Shown: in pieces, positions 23,637 to 36,475 of the stretch
Layout of the letters: the number at the start of each line of letters is the position of its first letter
Numbering within the stretch: the first letter of the stretch is position 1
Assembly (NCBI GenBank): GCA_963575745.1
Contig: CAUYUJ010000148.1
Span: forward strand, 372,001 to 436,000
Reading direction: 5' to 3'
Origin: Prorocentrum cordatum
Taxonomy: Eukaryota
Length of the DNA stretch: 64,000 nucleotides
Translations under genes and position numbers: made by a program
The notes under the pieces: model-generated
What the model saw: the letters and a program-made list of their open reading frames with translations, nothing else
Databases searched by the model: none
What the model was told of the DNA's origin: nothing

Positions 23637-23771
23637 GGCGACGATAGGGGCGAATAGCCCAGGGGCGGGCATTACACGTATTCGCCCGGAAGCCCTTTCG
23701 AAGACGTAGATCATCGGCGCACCTGAATACATGTTTTGCTCTCCCCTTGGCTATTCGCCCCTATCGTCGCC
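23637..23771. mobile_element. 135-bp MITE-like inverted repeat in a short intron
   Basis: 35-bp arms (23637-23671 / 23737-23771) with 3 mismatches, extendable to ~47 bp; no clear TSD. Confidence 0.7.
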
Positions 23772-23890
23772 TCTGACCATCGCCGCAGCGGCGGCGGCGG
23801 CGCTGGCGGAGGCGGCGGCGCACAGCCTCGGCGACGTCATCGTCGTCGTCGTCGTCGACGACGGCGCTGGCTGAAGCGGCGGCGCGCAGC

Positions 23891-23935
23891 CTGGGCGAAG
23901 TCCTGTTCGCCGTGTGCGCCGTGTCCTCGGCGCTC
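23891..23935 (-). CDS. Exon of host gene (SAEDTAHTANRTSPR)
   Basis: 45 nt; GAG|G acceptor and CAG|GC donor, both phase 2; joins the 23343 exon in frame. Confidence 0.6.
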
Positions 23936-24472
23936 CTCACGAGCGTGCAACGTATCCAAAGGGGCCCACGGAGACAGAAATAGACAGGCACAACTCCCAG
24001 GATTCCTCACCTGTGTTTCCAACTTCCCCAAGCAGTGTTTGCACTTAGGGCTTTTTCTTCGGCAGTGAGGATCTGTGGCGGTGTCTGGTCAGGCGGCGAT
24101 GTTGTTTCCGTCGCCGCCACGTGGCAGCCTCGTCGCCGCCCGCCTGGTGGTCGGTCTGGCGGCTCTTTGTCGGTGCCGCCGTCCCGTCGCGGCCCCGTCG
24201 CAGCGCCGCCCGTCGTCTTGAGGGGTCTTGCAGTTGACAGACGGCTCTGCCCCATCTCCCATCTGAGATGTGAGTCAGACCATCCCAGACAGGCTGGTAT
24301 CGGTACCCCACGTCATCGTCTGCAACACATGCAATGCGCGCACATCCGTTTGCCACGAATCATCAGCTTTCAAAATAATCCTGTGCACGAGAATGGAACG
24401 CAATGCGCACGCGCGCGTCGTCGCGGGCGCATGCTGCAATCATCGCGTCGCGTTTGCGGATTTTCATATATA

Positions 24473-25860
<1,388 letters not shown>

Positions 25861-25969
25861 TCTTGCTCTTGCTGCTCCTGAAGGGGACATGCCCCCGCGC
25901 GCTCCCATGCGCGCGAGCCGCACCCGGATGCCAGCGGCGCTCACGCCCTAGAGGCTCCGGGTCACGGCC

Positions 25970-27410
25970 CGTGCTGCCACTGCCCGCCCTGCACTGCCAT
26001 TGCCCAGAATTCTCGCAGGCGCCGATCCCAACGCTGTAGCTGGTTACGTTGAGCCCCACCTCCGAATTCCACCTCCCGCTGAGCAGCGCCACTGCCCACT
26101 GCTACCGCCCAGATGTCACACAGGCGCCGATTGCAACACTGTAGCTGGTCACGCCGGGCCCCCATGTGGCCCCCTACACCCCACTGAGTGACGCCGAATC
26201 CTGCTGCAGCTGTACGCCCTCCCCCTCGCACGCGCACACTCCAACACTGTAGCTGGTGACATTGGGCCCCACATCCGACTCTAACAGTGTAGCTGGTGAC
26301 GTTGGACCCGACATCCGGATTGAACATCCCGCTGAGCAGCACCACTGCCCACTGCCACCGCCGAGATTTTCTCACAGGCGCCGATCCCAACACTGCAACC
26401 GGTCACGCCGGGATCCCATGTGGCCCCCCAAACCCCGCTGAGCGACGCCGATTCCTACTGCAATTATATGCCCGCATTGCACGCGCCCATTCCAACACTG
26501 TAGCTGGCGACGTTGGGCCCACTTCCGGATACCACATCCCGCTGAGCAGCACCGCTGCCCACTGCCACCGCCCAGATTTTTCAAGGCGCCGATCCCAACG
26601 CTGTAGCTGGTCACGCCGGGCCCCCATGTGGCCTCCTACACCCCGCTGAGCGACGCCGAATCCTGCTGCATGTATTCGCCCCCACGCGCACGCGCACACT
26701 CTAACACTGTAGCTGGTGGCGTTGGGCCCCACATCCGACTCTAACAGTGTAGCTGGTGACACTGGGCCCCACATCCGAATACAACATCCCGCTGGGCAGC
26801 ACCACTGCCCACTGTTACGGCCCCGATTTTCTCACAGGCTGGCGACGTTGTACGCGTTTTATAAACACACTTTTACGCCATCTGTTGCTGTGTCGGGCAC
26901 TCGTGCTGTGCAGGCGCGCGCCGAAGAAACGTTACTTAAGACCGGCTTTTTCCTTAATGCTTCTGCAAGGCAGGTCGTTGGTGTTCAGTAGGGTTGTCGC
27001 TCCAGCTCCGCCTGCCCCCCTTGCAAGGTCCCCCCGAGCGCTCATACAAAGCTAGCTAACTTAAAGAGGCGTCAATGTAAAGGCCTATTTCCGGATTCTA
27101 CATCCCGTTGGGCAGCACCACTGCCAACCCCCACCGCCCAGGTTTCTCAAAGGCGCCGATCCCAACACTGTAGCTGGTCACGCTCGGTCCTCACGTGGCC
27201 TCCCATACTCCGGAGAGCGACGCCGAACCTTGCTGCAACTGCTCCCCCTGGGCCCACATTTCGCACAGGCACTGATTTCAGCACTGTAGCTGGTCATGTT
27301 TGGGCCGTCGTTTTGGCACGCGCAGATTCCAGCACAGTAGCTGGCGACGTAGAGCACCACACTCGAATTTCAGATCCCGCTAAGCAGCACCACAGCCCAC
27401 TGCCACTGCC
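25970..27410 (+). repeat. Complex satellite built on CCAACACTGTAGCTGGT(G/C)ACG modules with higher-order ~240-300-bp repeats
   Basis: More than 10 module copies visible, interrupted at ~26840-27090. Confidence 0.85.
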
Positions 27411-27627
27411 CTCCCACTCCGCCCTTACCTCCTCCTCCACCTCCACATCTACGTCGCCGTCGTCCTGGCCTACCCTGCCCTCCACGTCCACGTCCCCAAC
27501 CTCGTCGTCCTTCCCACCTCAAGCTCCACTGCCAGGCCCGCCACAGCCATGAGAGACGGCTACTGTGTGCAACGGGCGGGGGGAGGAGGGGGCCGAGGGC
27601 AGGGGGGGAGGAGAGGGCAGACGTCGC

Positions 27628-28626
27628 CTAGGCGGTCCGGGAGGGCGCCGCCCGGGCCAAGACGATCGACTCCACGCAGACCCCGAAGTACTCAACACAA
27701 ACCTCCAGGGCGTCGACCGAGGGCGCACCGGCCAGCGTCCACTGGGCAACCCGCCCCTGTGCCGTCCCAGGAAGCGCCTGCCTCCACTCCCAGGTGCCAG
27801 CACACATCGCCAGAACATGTTCCAACGATGCTGCCGCACACCCGCAGAGTGGGCATGGTTCTACGCTCTCCTGGATGTCCTCGTGTAGCCACAGGCACAG
27901 CGGCAAGTGCCCGCTGATCCGCGCGAACATCCACGCCGCGAAGAAACGCCAGGTCCGCCTACTCCACGGCGCCCACTGCAACTGAATTGGGAACGGGGTG
28001 CGAAGCGGTGCTAGGGCCGCGTAGGGGAGCGTGGACAGCTGGGCCTCGAACCATGCCTGCTCAGATCGGCGGATGGCTGGTGCCACAACCGACAGCTTCC
28101 ACTTCGCAACCCACGCCTTGCACTGCGCCCGGTCGTCGCGGTTGATGGCCGAAGTGTCACAGAACACAGCGAAAGGCTGGATGCGCAGGTCTGCAATGAG
28201 CGCGTCGGCGTGATCCAACCAAGTAGCACCTGTGACGGACCGGGCCGCGATGCATGCCTGCCGAGCCACCGCCCGGCCCGGTAAGAGGTCGATCCTGGCC
28301 CTCGTGGTGACGATCCGCTTGAGGACCAGGGCGGCCACCCGGTTTAATAGGCGCATCTCTGAAAATACTCTGACGTGCCCCCCCGCACCCAACGAAACCC
28401 CTGGCCGCAAACCGAGCATAATCTTGGCGGCCGAGTACATAGCCTCGTTAAGCTTGCGCGCGACCACCGCCCACCCGCCTGCGTAGGAAGCCAGCGGCTC
28501 CGTGCCGTGGAGGACCGACGGGCAAACGCGCTTATAGAATTGCTCCACGGTTAGCGGGACGCCCAGGCCCAGGTCACGGGTGGACGTGGTGAGCTCGGCT
28601 GCGGCCGCTATGAGCTTTGCGCACGT
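27628..28626 (-). mobile_element. 5'-truncated non-LTR retrotransposon (LINE) ORF2 C-terminus
   Basis: Open >306-aa frame; RT-thumb-like FYKRVCPSVLHG and C-x2-C-x8-H-x4-C knuckle (CPLCGCAAASLEHVLAMC, 27802-27855); RT catalytic core absent. Confidence 0.8.
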
Positions 28627-28709
28627 GCGGCCGCAGCCGAGCTCACCACGTCCACCCGTGACCTGGCTTTGCGCTCGGCTCGGCTGCGGCCGCTATGAGC
28701 TGCGGCCGC

Positions 28710-29490
28710 TGGGGCCTCGTGGGCCTTCTTGGAGCGATATGAAGGGCCTCCGAGGCCGTGAAGGAGCGCTGGAGAGCGGGAGAAGCGAGAACGCCAAAAT
28801 CCCAAACACTCGGAAAACGAGTTAATCTTGCCTTCCAACCCTCTTGGGGAGCCTCTTGAGTCCAAGCGAATTGGAGTCCTCGTCGGCTGTCTTGAAGGCA
28901 TATTGGGCGTCTTCGGGGTTTCGTGGGACCGTCTTGGGCCCTCTCGGGACCCCCATTAGCCTGTCGTGGCCTGCTTCGGGGAGGGCTCGGGCCGCCTCGG
29001 GAACTCTGGACCCCCCCCCGCAACGGCTCTCTTGGGCCTCCCTGAGGCCGTCTTAGGGGCCTCCTGGGACGGCGTTGCGGCCTATTGGGCCGTCCCGGGG
29101 GGTTCTGTGAACCCCACAGGACGACTCTTTTGGGCCGTCTGGGGCCCTCTTGGGTCTCTCTTGGGCTGTGCTGGGGCCCCGCGAGGGCGTCTGGGGCACT
29201 GCGAAGACGAAGCCAGCGAATATGCCAAAAATGTACGTTTTACACAAAAAGTGGGCCGATGTTTGCCTTCTGAAAGCCCTCCTGGGGCCTTCACGGGCCC
29301 TCTTGGGGAGCTCTTGGGCGTCTTCGGAACCTTTTTCAGGCATTCTGGACCATCTGTACGGCCCGCGTGCCCTGTCGTGGGCAATTTGATAGCGGCCCGG
29401 GGCAGTCTCGGGGGGTCCGTGACCCCCCAAAGGCTCGGGAGGGCGGCCATGGGGGATGACGGCACCGATTTCCCCCCCTCCCACATGTAT
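28710..29490 (-). mobile_element. CTTGGG-family element fragment ending at (TA)n
   Basis: Homology to 25460-25765; right end GGGGGATG...TTTCCCCCC resembles 6410-6445. Confidence 0.6.
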
Positions 29491-29504
29491 ACATAAATAT
29501 ATAT

Positions 29505-29586
<82 letters not shown>

Positions 29587-29678
29587 GAACCACGCGCGCG
29601 CTTCGCGCGCGCTTAGGTTCTGTCGAGTCACAGACCCAGGAATCGTTGTGAGAAGAAATTGGTGACGCGAAGCGTCGT

Positions 29679-31233
29679 GGGGGCGTCCTTGGACGTCTGG
29701 GGTCTCCTGGGGCCTCTTGAGGGGCCTCCTGGGGGCCTCCTGGCGGCCTCTTGGGGCGGAAGGCTCGAGCTTGCGGTTCGTGGTCCCCCTCTGGGCCCCC
29801 TCTTGGGCCCGTCTTGGGGCCCTCTTGGGCCATCTTGGGCGCCTCTTGGGCCGTCTTGGGGCCCTCTTGGGCTGTCCTGGGGCCCTCTTGGAAGCTTCTT
29901 GGGCCGTCTTGGGGCGGTCTTGGGCGCCTCTTGGGCCGTCCTGTAACGTCGGAAAGCCCAAAAGACAACTTTGTTGAACATGTACGTTTTACGAAGGGAA
30001 TGGGCCAACTTTTGCGTCTGGGGGCCCTCTTGGGACGCATGTTGGAAGCTTCTTGGGGCGTCTTGGGGGCGTCCTTGGACGTCTGGGGTCTCCTGGGGCC
30101 TCTTGAGGGGCCTCCTGGGGGCCTCCTGGCGGCCTCTTGGGGCGGAAGGCTCGAGCTTGCGGTTCGTGGTCCCCCTCTGGGCCCCCTCTTGGGCCCGTCT
30201 TGGGGCCCTCTTGGGCCATCTTGGGCGCCTCTTGGGCCGTCTTGGGGCCCTCTTGGGCTGTCCTGGGGCCCTCTTGGAAGCTTCTTGGGCCGTTTTGGGG
30301 CGGTCTTGGGCGCCTCTTGGGCCGTCCTGTAACGTCGGAAAGCCCAAAAGACAACTTTGTTGAAAATGTACGTTTTACGAAGGGAATGGGCCAACTTTTG
30401 CGTCTAGGGGCCCTCTTGGGCCGCATGTTGGAGGCTTCTTGGGGCCTCTTGGGGGCGTCCTTGGACGTCTGGGGTCTCCTGGGGCCTCTTGAGGGGCCTC
30501 CTGGGGGCCTCCTGGCGGCCTCTTGGGGCGGAAGGCTCGAGCTTGCGGTTCGTGGTCCCCCTCTGGGCCCCCTCTTGGGCCCGTCTTGGGGCCCTCTTGG
30601 GCCATCTTGGGCGCCTCTTGGGCCGTCTTGGGGCCCTCTTGGGCTGTCCTGGGGCCCTCTTGGAAGCTTCTTGGGCCGTCTTGGGGCGGTCTTGGGCGCC
30701 TCTTGGGCCGTCCTGTAACGTCGGAAAGCCCAAAAGGCGACTTTGTTGAAAATGTACGTTTTACGAAGGGAATGGGCCAATTTTGCGTCTAGGGGCCCTC
30801 TTGGGACGCATGTTGGAGGCTTCTTGGGGCGTCTTGGGGGCGTCCTTGGACGTCTGGGGTCTCCTGGGGCCTCTTGAGGGGCCTCCTGGGGGCCTCCTGG
30901 CGGCCTCTTGGGGCGGAAGGCTCGAGCTTGCGGTTCGTGGTCACCCTCTGGGCCCCCTCTTGGGCCCGTCTTGGGGCCCTCTTGGGCCATCTTGGGCGCC
31001 TCTTGGGCCGTCTTGGGGCCCTCTTGGGCTGTCCTGGGGGCTTCTTGGGCCGTCTTGGGGCGGTCTTGGGCGCCTCTTGGGCCGTCCTGTAACGTCGGAA
31101 AGCCCAAAAAGCAACTTTGTTGAAAAATGTACGTTTTACGAAGGGAATGGGCCAATTTTTGCGTCTAGGGGCCCTCTTGGGACGCATGTTGGAGGCTTCT
31201 TGGGGCCTCTTGGGGGCGTCCTTGGACGTCTGG
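29679..31233 (+). repeat. Young tandem array, 4 units of 386/386/385/376 bp
   Basis: Anchor GGGGCGTCCTTGGACGTCTGG at ~29679, 30065, 30451, 30836 and 31212; units nearly identical. Confidence 0.95.
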
Positions 31234-31479
31234 AGGCCATCTTCAGCATCTCGGAGCCCTCTTGGAGGCCTCTTGGAAGTTTCTTGGGCCGTCTTGGGCG
31301 CTCCTGGGGCCGTCTTGTCTGACCGGGGAGGCCTCCGGCAAGCCCCGACGAGCCTCCGGGCCCCCCGGGGTGCACATTTGCGGTCGAGGTCCCGGCCCCG
31401 GGCCCCCGGACCCGGTGCGCCGTTATATGTGTACATGATTAAGTGTATCAGACCTCCCATCACATGCTACCAAATGGGC

Positions 31480-32340
31480 CTCTTGCGCGACCATGCTAAC
31501 CAAACGCGAATGCCCGAAAAAAGTCTGAATCGAACGTTCCGGAAACATACGAAAACGCATGGTCCCGCAACAAAAACGCAAGCAACGTTTGCGCTCGCGC
31601 TCGTGCGAACTCTCAAAAGAACCATCGGTGTTCCAATCGTTTCACTAAATGCAGCCAATTGGACTTTTCGCGCGCGCATGTCGAAATCATTTGAAAACCC
31701 TTGCGCGCATGCTGTCGCAAGGAGTCTTTTCTCCCTCCAAACAACGGGGCGACGTGCACGCGCGCGCGCGCCGTCGCGCGTGCATGTCGAATTCCTGCGA
31801 ATACATGAGGTATCGAAATTATACCAACATCGAGTACCCCGAAACAGGTCAACAACAAAAACGGCGTGCAACATCTCACCGCGAATTCGTTTGACAAGAA
31901 AAAGACATAATGAGTTTCTTCGCCTTTGTCATTGAATCATTCCAAACGGGCATGTTCGAACACCCTTGCGCCGTCTCAAATAATACCATGCGGGCCATTA
32001 TCGCGTGCCGGCCGCGTGCGCATGTCGAATTCTTTTCCGAAGCTATCATCACCGACGCGAGGACGCCGTCACGCAATCCACCGTCGTCGCTACGATCGTC
32101 CTCGTGCCTACCGTTGCCGACGTTGCCATGATACCGCGCCCGCCCTAGCCGCCGACTCGCACTGAAATGCCCGCTGGGAAGCAACGAAAGGTTGGCGCCA
32201 CCGCGGCCGCGTTGCCAGCGCCAAACTAGCTGGCCGCCGCGCCCGCGAGCTCGCTAGGGTTAGCGCGGCCGCAGAGAGCCACCAGCCAACGCCGAACACT
32301 CATCGCAATCGCCGCCGATTGGGCTTCCCAGAAACAAGCA
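31480..32340 (+). repeat. Dispersed repeat, direct copy at ~33300-34250
   Basis: TCAAATAATACCATGCGGGCCA...CGCGAGGACGCCGTCA shared at ~31976 and ~33899. Confidence 0.85.
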
Positions 32341-32552
32341 GCAGGGCGGGTGGACCGGATGCTTTCGCGAGAAGTGGGGTTGACAACCCACTGCGAACAG
32401 AAACAAACTGTATCATCTGTCTTCTTTTGCTTAAAAAGGAAAGTCGACTCCACCCCCCTCACGCATTGAAACTTACATTTGATTATGCTCCATGGTTCAC
32501 CATAGCTATGAATGGAAATGGATAAAAACCACTATCGACATCTGCTCAGGAC

Positions 32553-33058
32553 AATAGGGCTGTGGGGGCTACGGGGTTTTAGGGCTATGGGGCCATATGG
32601 TTACAAATGTAGGGGGCTATAGGGCTATAGAGCGATAGAGGCGTAGGGCTATAGAGCTATGGGGCTATGGGGCGCTGGGGCTATGGGGGTGTACGGCTGT
32701 GAGTATATAGGCTACGGGACTATATGGCTATATGACCATAGGGCTACAGGGCTGTAGGGCGATGGGGCGATAGGCGTATAAAGAGCTACAGGTCTATAGG
32801 GCTACAGGGCTATAGGGCTATAGCGCTTTAGAGCTAGAGGGCTGATGGGTTACAGCGCTACCAGGCTACGGGGCCATAGGTCCACAGCGCTTTAGGGTTG
32901 TATGGGTATAGGGGTATAGGGGTATAGAACTGTAGGGTTGTAGGGCAATAGAGCTATAATGCGATGGGGCTATAAGGCTAAAGGGTTATAAAAGGCCATT
33001 TGGGCCATGGAAATATGGAGCTCTACGGCCATAAGGCTATAGGGTTGTAGGGCTATAA
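32553..33058 (+). repeat. Degenerate (TATAGGGC)n octamer satellite
   Basis: Directly visible. Confidence 0.9.
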
Positions 33059-34309
33059 AGAACCCAGGCACCCGGGCACTCGGGCGGGTCGCGGAGATGT
33101 GTAACACACCCCACCAAACCATATGAATCCGCTAGGACTTTTAAAACGGCAAAATGTGATTGGGGAGCTCATACCATCCAAATTGAACCGATATCGGCGC
33201 CCTTTGTTTCCGCCATCCTCTGCAACAAATTATATGCGCGCGCACTCCTTTCGCAGAAATGATCAACTGTCCCAGATGCACTGCAAAACAAAAAAAAACG
33301 AACACATGCGCGCGTCGTCGGTTCACGCGCACACATGCCGAAATCCTCCCAAGATTCTCGGTCCCGTGAGGGTTTCAAAATCGAGCGCCCACACCAAAAC
33401 ATCTAAAAACACAACGTTTCGCAACACGGGGTTTCAAAACAAATTTGGGCGCGAGCCTTTGCGAACTGTCAAAACGAACACAAGTTATTGAATGCTCATA
33501 ACATGCTACCCGAAGAGCTTCGCGTGCGCGCGTGTCGAAGTCGTTCGAACAACCTTGCGCGCGGGTTGTCTCGAGAAATTTCAACATTAAACAACGACGA
33601 AATGCACGCACACGCGTCGTCGCGCGCGCAAACCGGAATCCGTGAAAAAACTTTCGGCGTCGCAAGGGCTGCAAAACCAAAATCGACGGTTTCACAAACG
33701 ACCAGAAGCATACATATATATATATATATTCGCAACAGAAGTGTTCATGGAAACCTGCGCCCGCGCTCTTGCGAATTCTCACGGAAACCATTGCCTATTG
33801 TGTTCAACGTGTTCATGGAATGCTGCCGCACGGGCTTCTCGCGCCGCGTGCCGAGATCATTCGCACGCCCTTGCGCGCGCGCTGGAGGGCACAATCCGTC
33901 AAATAATACCATGCGGGCCACTCTCGCGCGTCGGCCGCGCGAGCATGTCGAACTCTTTCCAAAACCTGAATCACCGGCGCGAGGACGCCGTCATCGTCGT
34001 CTGCGTGATCATCATCAACGCAGTCACTGGTCGCGCCGTCGTCGTAAACATCGCCACCGGCATCCCAATTATCATCATCGCGTATAGCTTCGTCGACGTT
34101 GCCATGATACCGCGTTCGCGTCGGTTGCGCCAAACTAGCTGGCCTTTGCGCGCGCGAGCATGCGCGGACGATTACGGCCGCAGAGATACACCAGCCATCA
34201 CCAAGCACTGATCGCAATCGCCGCCGACTGCGTTTTGCAAACCAAGTTGCGGGTGGGTGGGTGGGATGATTGCGCGAGCAGTGGAGGTGACAACTTCAAG
34301 TTCGGCAGG

Positions 34310-34700
34310 GCGAATTGTACCACGCACGTTGCACCACATATGTTGCACAACATTGATTGCACCACGCAGATAGCACAACATAGACTGCACAACGCACAAT
34401 GCACCAATAAGTTGCACCGCGTGGGTTGCACCGTTTTTTATGCTTCACATACATTGCACCGCGTGAATAGAACATCCGATATCGCACAACTAAGACTGCA
34501 TCACGTCTGTCGCATTGCATGGCTGAGCAATGCACCACATGAATATAGCACCACCGCGTACATTGCCAAACACGCGTGTGGCACAGCATGGATTTTACAC
34601 ACCATGGATTGTGCAATTTACGTAGATTGCACCAAACCTTTTCCACAACATGGATGGCAACAAAAATAGTTTGCACATCAGATAGTGCTACACATGCACT
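34310..34700 (+). repeat. TTGCAC-rich degenerate repeat
   Basis: Inverted relative at ~56830-57180. Confidence 0.7.
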
Positions 34701-35004
34701 GTTTGGGGCCAACGCCTGCGAACATGTTCTTGATGGTTGTTTTCCCCTCTGACTCCCAAATCTTGAATATTTCAATGGAACCCTACGTGGATGTATATAT
34801 ATATATATATATGTGTTGACTTGTCCCTCCTGGTTATACACGTCCGCGCCCTCGCGGTCTGGGTTCCGGGGCGCGACCCCGCAGATACGCGACGCACGGG
34901 CACGCCCCGCGCGGGGCATCCACGACGAAAAAGCCCCGTATCCACCGGCGTCGCGGCCCAGGAGCCTGGCCCGCGAGGCCGCGTGTACGGATACCTGCGT
35001 TGCT

Positions 35005-35125
35005 GGCAAGATGTGTACCATATCAACTGCGCCTTAGAGTGCCGGCCTCCCTTCTTCAGAAACCACAGGCGCAATGGATGTGGAGGGGAATCTGGCCCGA
35101 AACTCCAACACGCAGTGGGTATGAA
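35005..35125 (+). repeat. Dispersed repeat, second copy ~37271-37452
   Basis: GGCAAGATGTGTA..CATATC..TGCGCCTT.GAGT..CTCCCTTC.TCAGAA..AACTCCAACACGCAGTG shared. Confidence 0.8.
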
Positions 35126-35419
35126 TCTACGGCTTGCCCGCACGTATGCCTTTCGCCCACGAAGCCAGGGAGGAATGCAAGGAGGGAGGGAAGAGGAAAA
35201 AGTGGAGGACCTGTGGAAACCCGAGACTCATGAACGATGCTGGAACAAAACAATCAACCCCCTCCGAGCTCCCTCCCGCCGCAGGGCCTAGGTCGCACTG
35301 GCCGCTGCCAAGGCAAACCCGTAGGCTCCCGGCAATAGAAGGCGTCGCGCGCCCCTTCGTGCCCAAGCGGGTGGCACCGAAGTGTCGTTGCCGTGTATTT
35401 TATCGCGTGGAAGGAGTAC

Positions 35420-36475
35420 TCCTCCCTCCTCCTCCTCCTCCTCCTCCCCCTCCTCCTCCTCCTCCTCCTCCTCCTCTTCCTCCCCCTCTCCTCCTCCTCC
35501 TCCTCCTCCTCCTCCTCCTCCTCCTCCTCCTCCTCCTCCTCCTCCTCCTCCTCCTCCTCCTCCTCCTCCTCCCCCTCCCCTCCTCCTCCTCCTCCTCCTC
35601 CTCCCTCCTCCTCCTCCTCCTCCCTCCTCCTCCTCCTCCTCCTCCTCCTCCTCCTCCTCCCCCTCCTCCTCCTCCTCCTCTTCCTCCTCCTCCTCCTCCT
35701 CCTCCTCCTCCTCCTCCTCCCTCCTTCCTCCTCCTCCTCCTCCTCTTCCTCCTCCTCCTCCTCCTCCTCCTCCCCTCCTCCTCTCCTCCTCCCCCTCCTC
35801 CTCCTCCTCCTCCTCCTCCCCCCTCCTCCTCCTCCTCCCCCTCCTCCCCCTCGTCCCCCCCCTCCGAGCTCCCTCCCGCCGTGTGCTCCTCCGCGACACG
35901 GTGCCGTCGACGCTCCCTGGACGAGCAGCCGACGCAAGCCGGCGCCGCTGGTGCTCGCAGGTGGCGGGCCGCCGCACGCCGTGCGGGCCGCGGCCCGCGC
36001 CCCGCAGGCAGACCCGCTTCAGCGGCGCCGAGCCGGCGCCCCCTTCGGGGGCGGGCGACGGCGCCTCGGGGGAGGAAGAGTCTCCTCCGCCTGCTCCTCC
36101 TCCTCCTCCTCCTCTCCTCCTCCTCCTCCTCCATCCCCCTCCTCCTCCATCCTCCTCCCTCCTCCTCCTCCTCCTCCTCCCCCCTCCTCCTCCTCCTCCT
36201 CCTCCTCCTCCTCCTCCTCCTTCCGCTCCCCTCCTCCTCCTCCTCCTCCTCCTCCTCCTCCTCCTCCTCCTCCTCCTCCTCCATCCTCCTCCTCCTCCTC
36301 CTCATCCTCCTCCTCCTCCTCCTCCTCCTCCTCCTCCTCCTCCTCCTACCTCCTCCTCCTCCTCCTCCCTCCTCCTCCTCCTCCTCCTCCCCTCCCTCCT
36401 CCGCCTCCTCCTCCTCCTCCGTCTTCTCCTCCTTTCCTGCTCCTCCTACTTCGTTCCCGCCTCCTCCTCCGCCTC
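35420..36475 (+). repeat. Two (CCT)n tracts around a GC-rich spacer
   Basis: Directly visible. Confidence 0.95.

Noticed and set aside
29053..31463. Long repetitive ORFs up to 388 aa
   Set aside because: Open frames arise from stop-poor GC-rich satellite units on both strands
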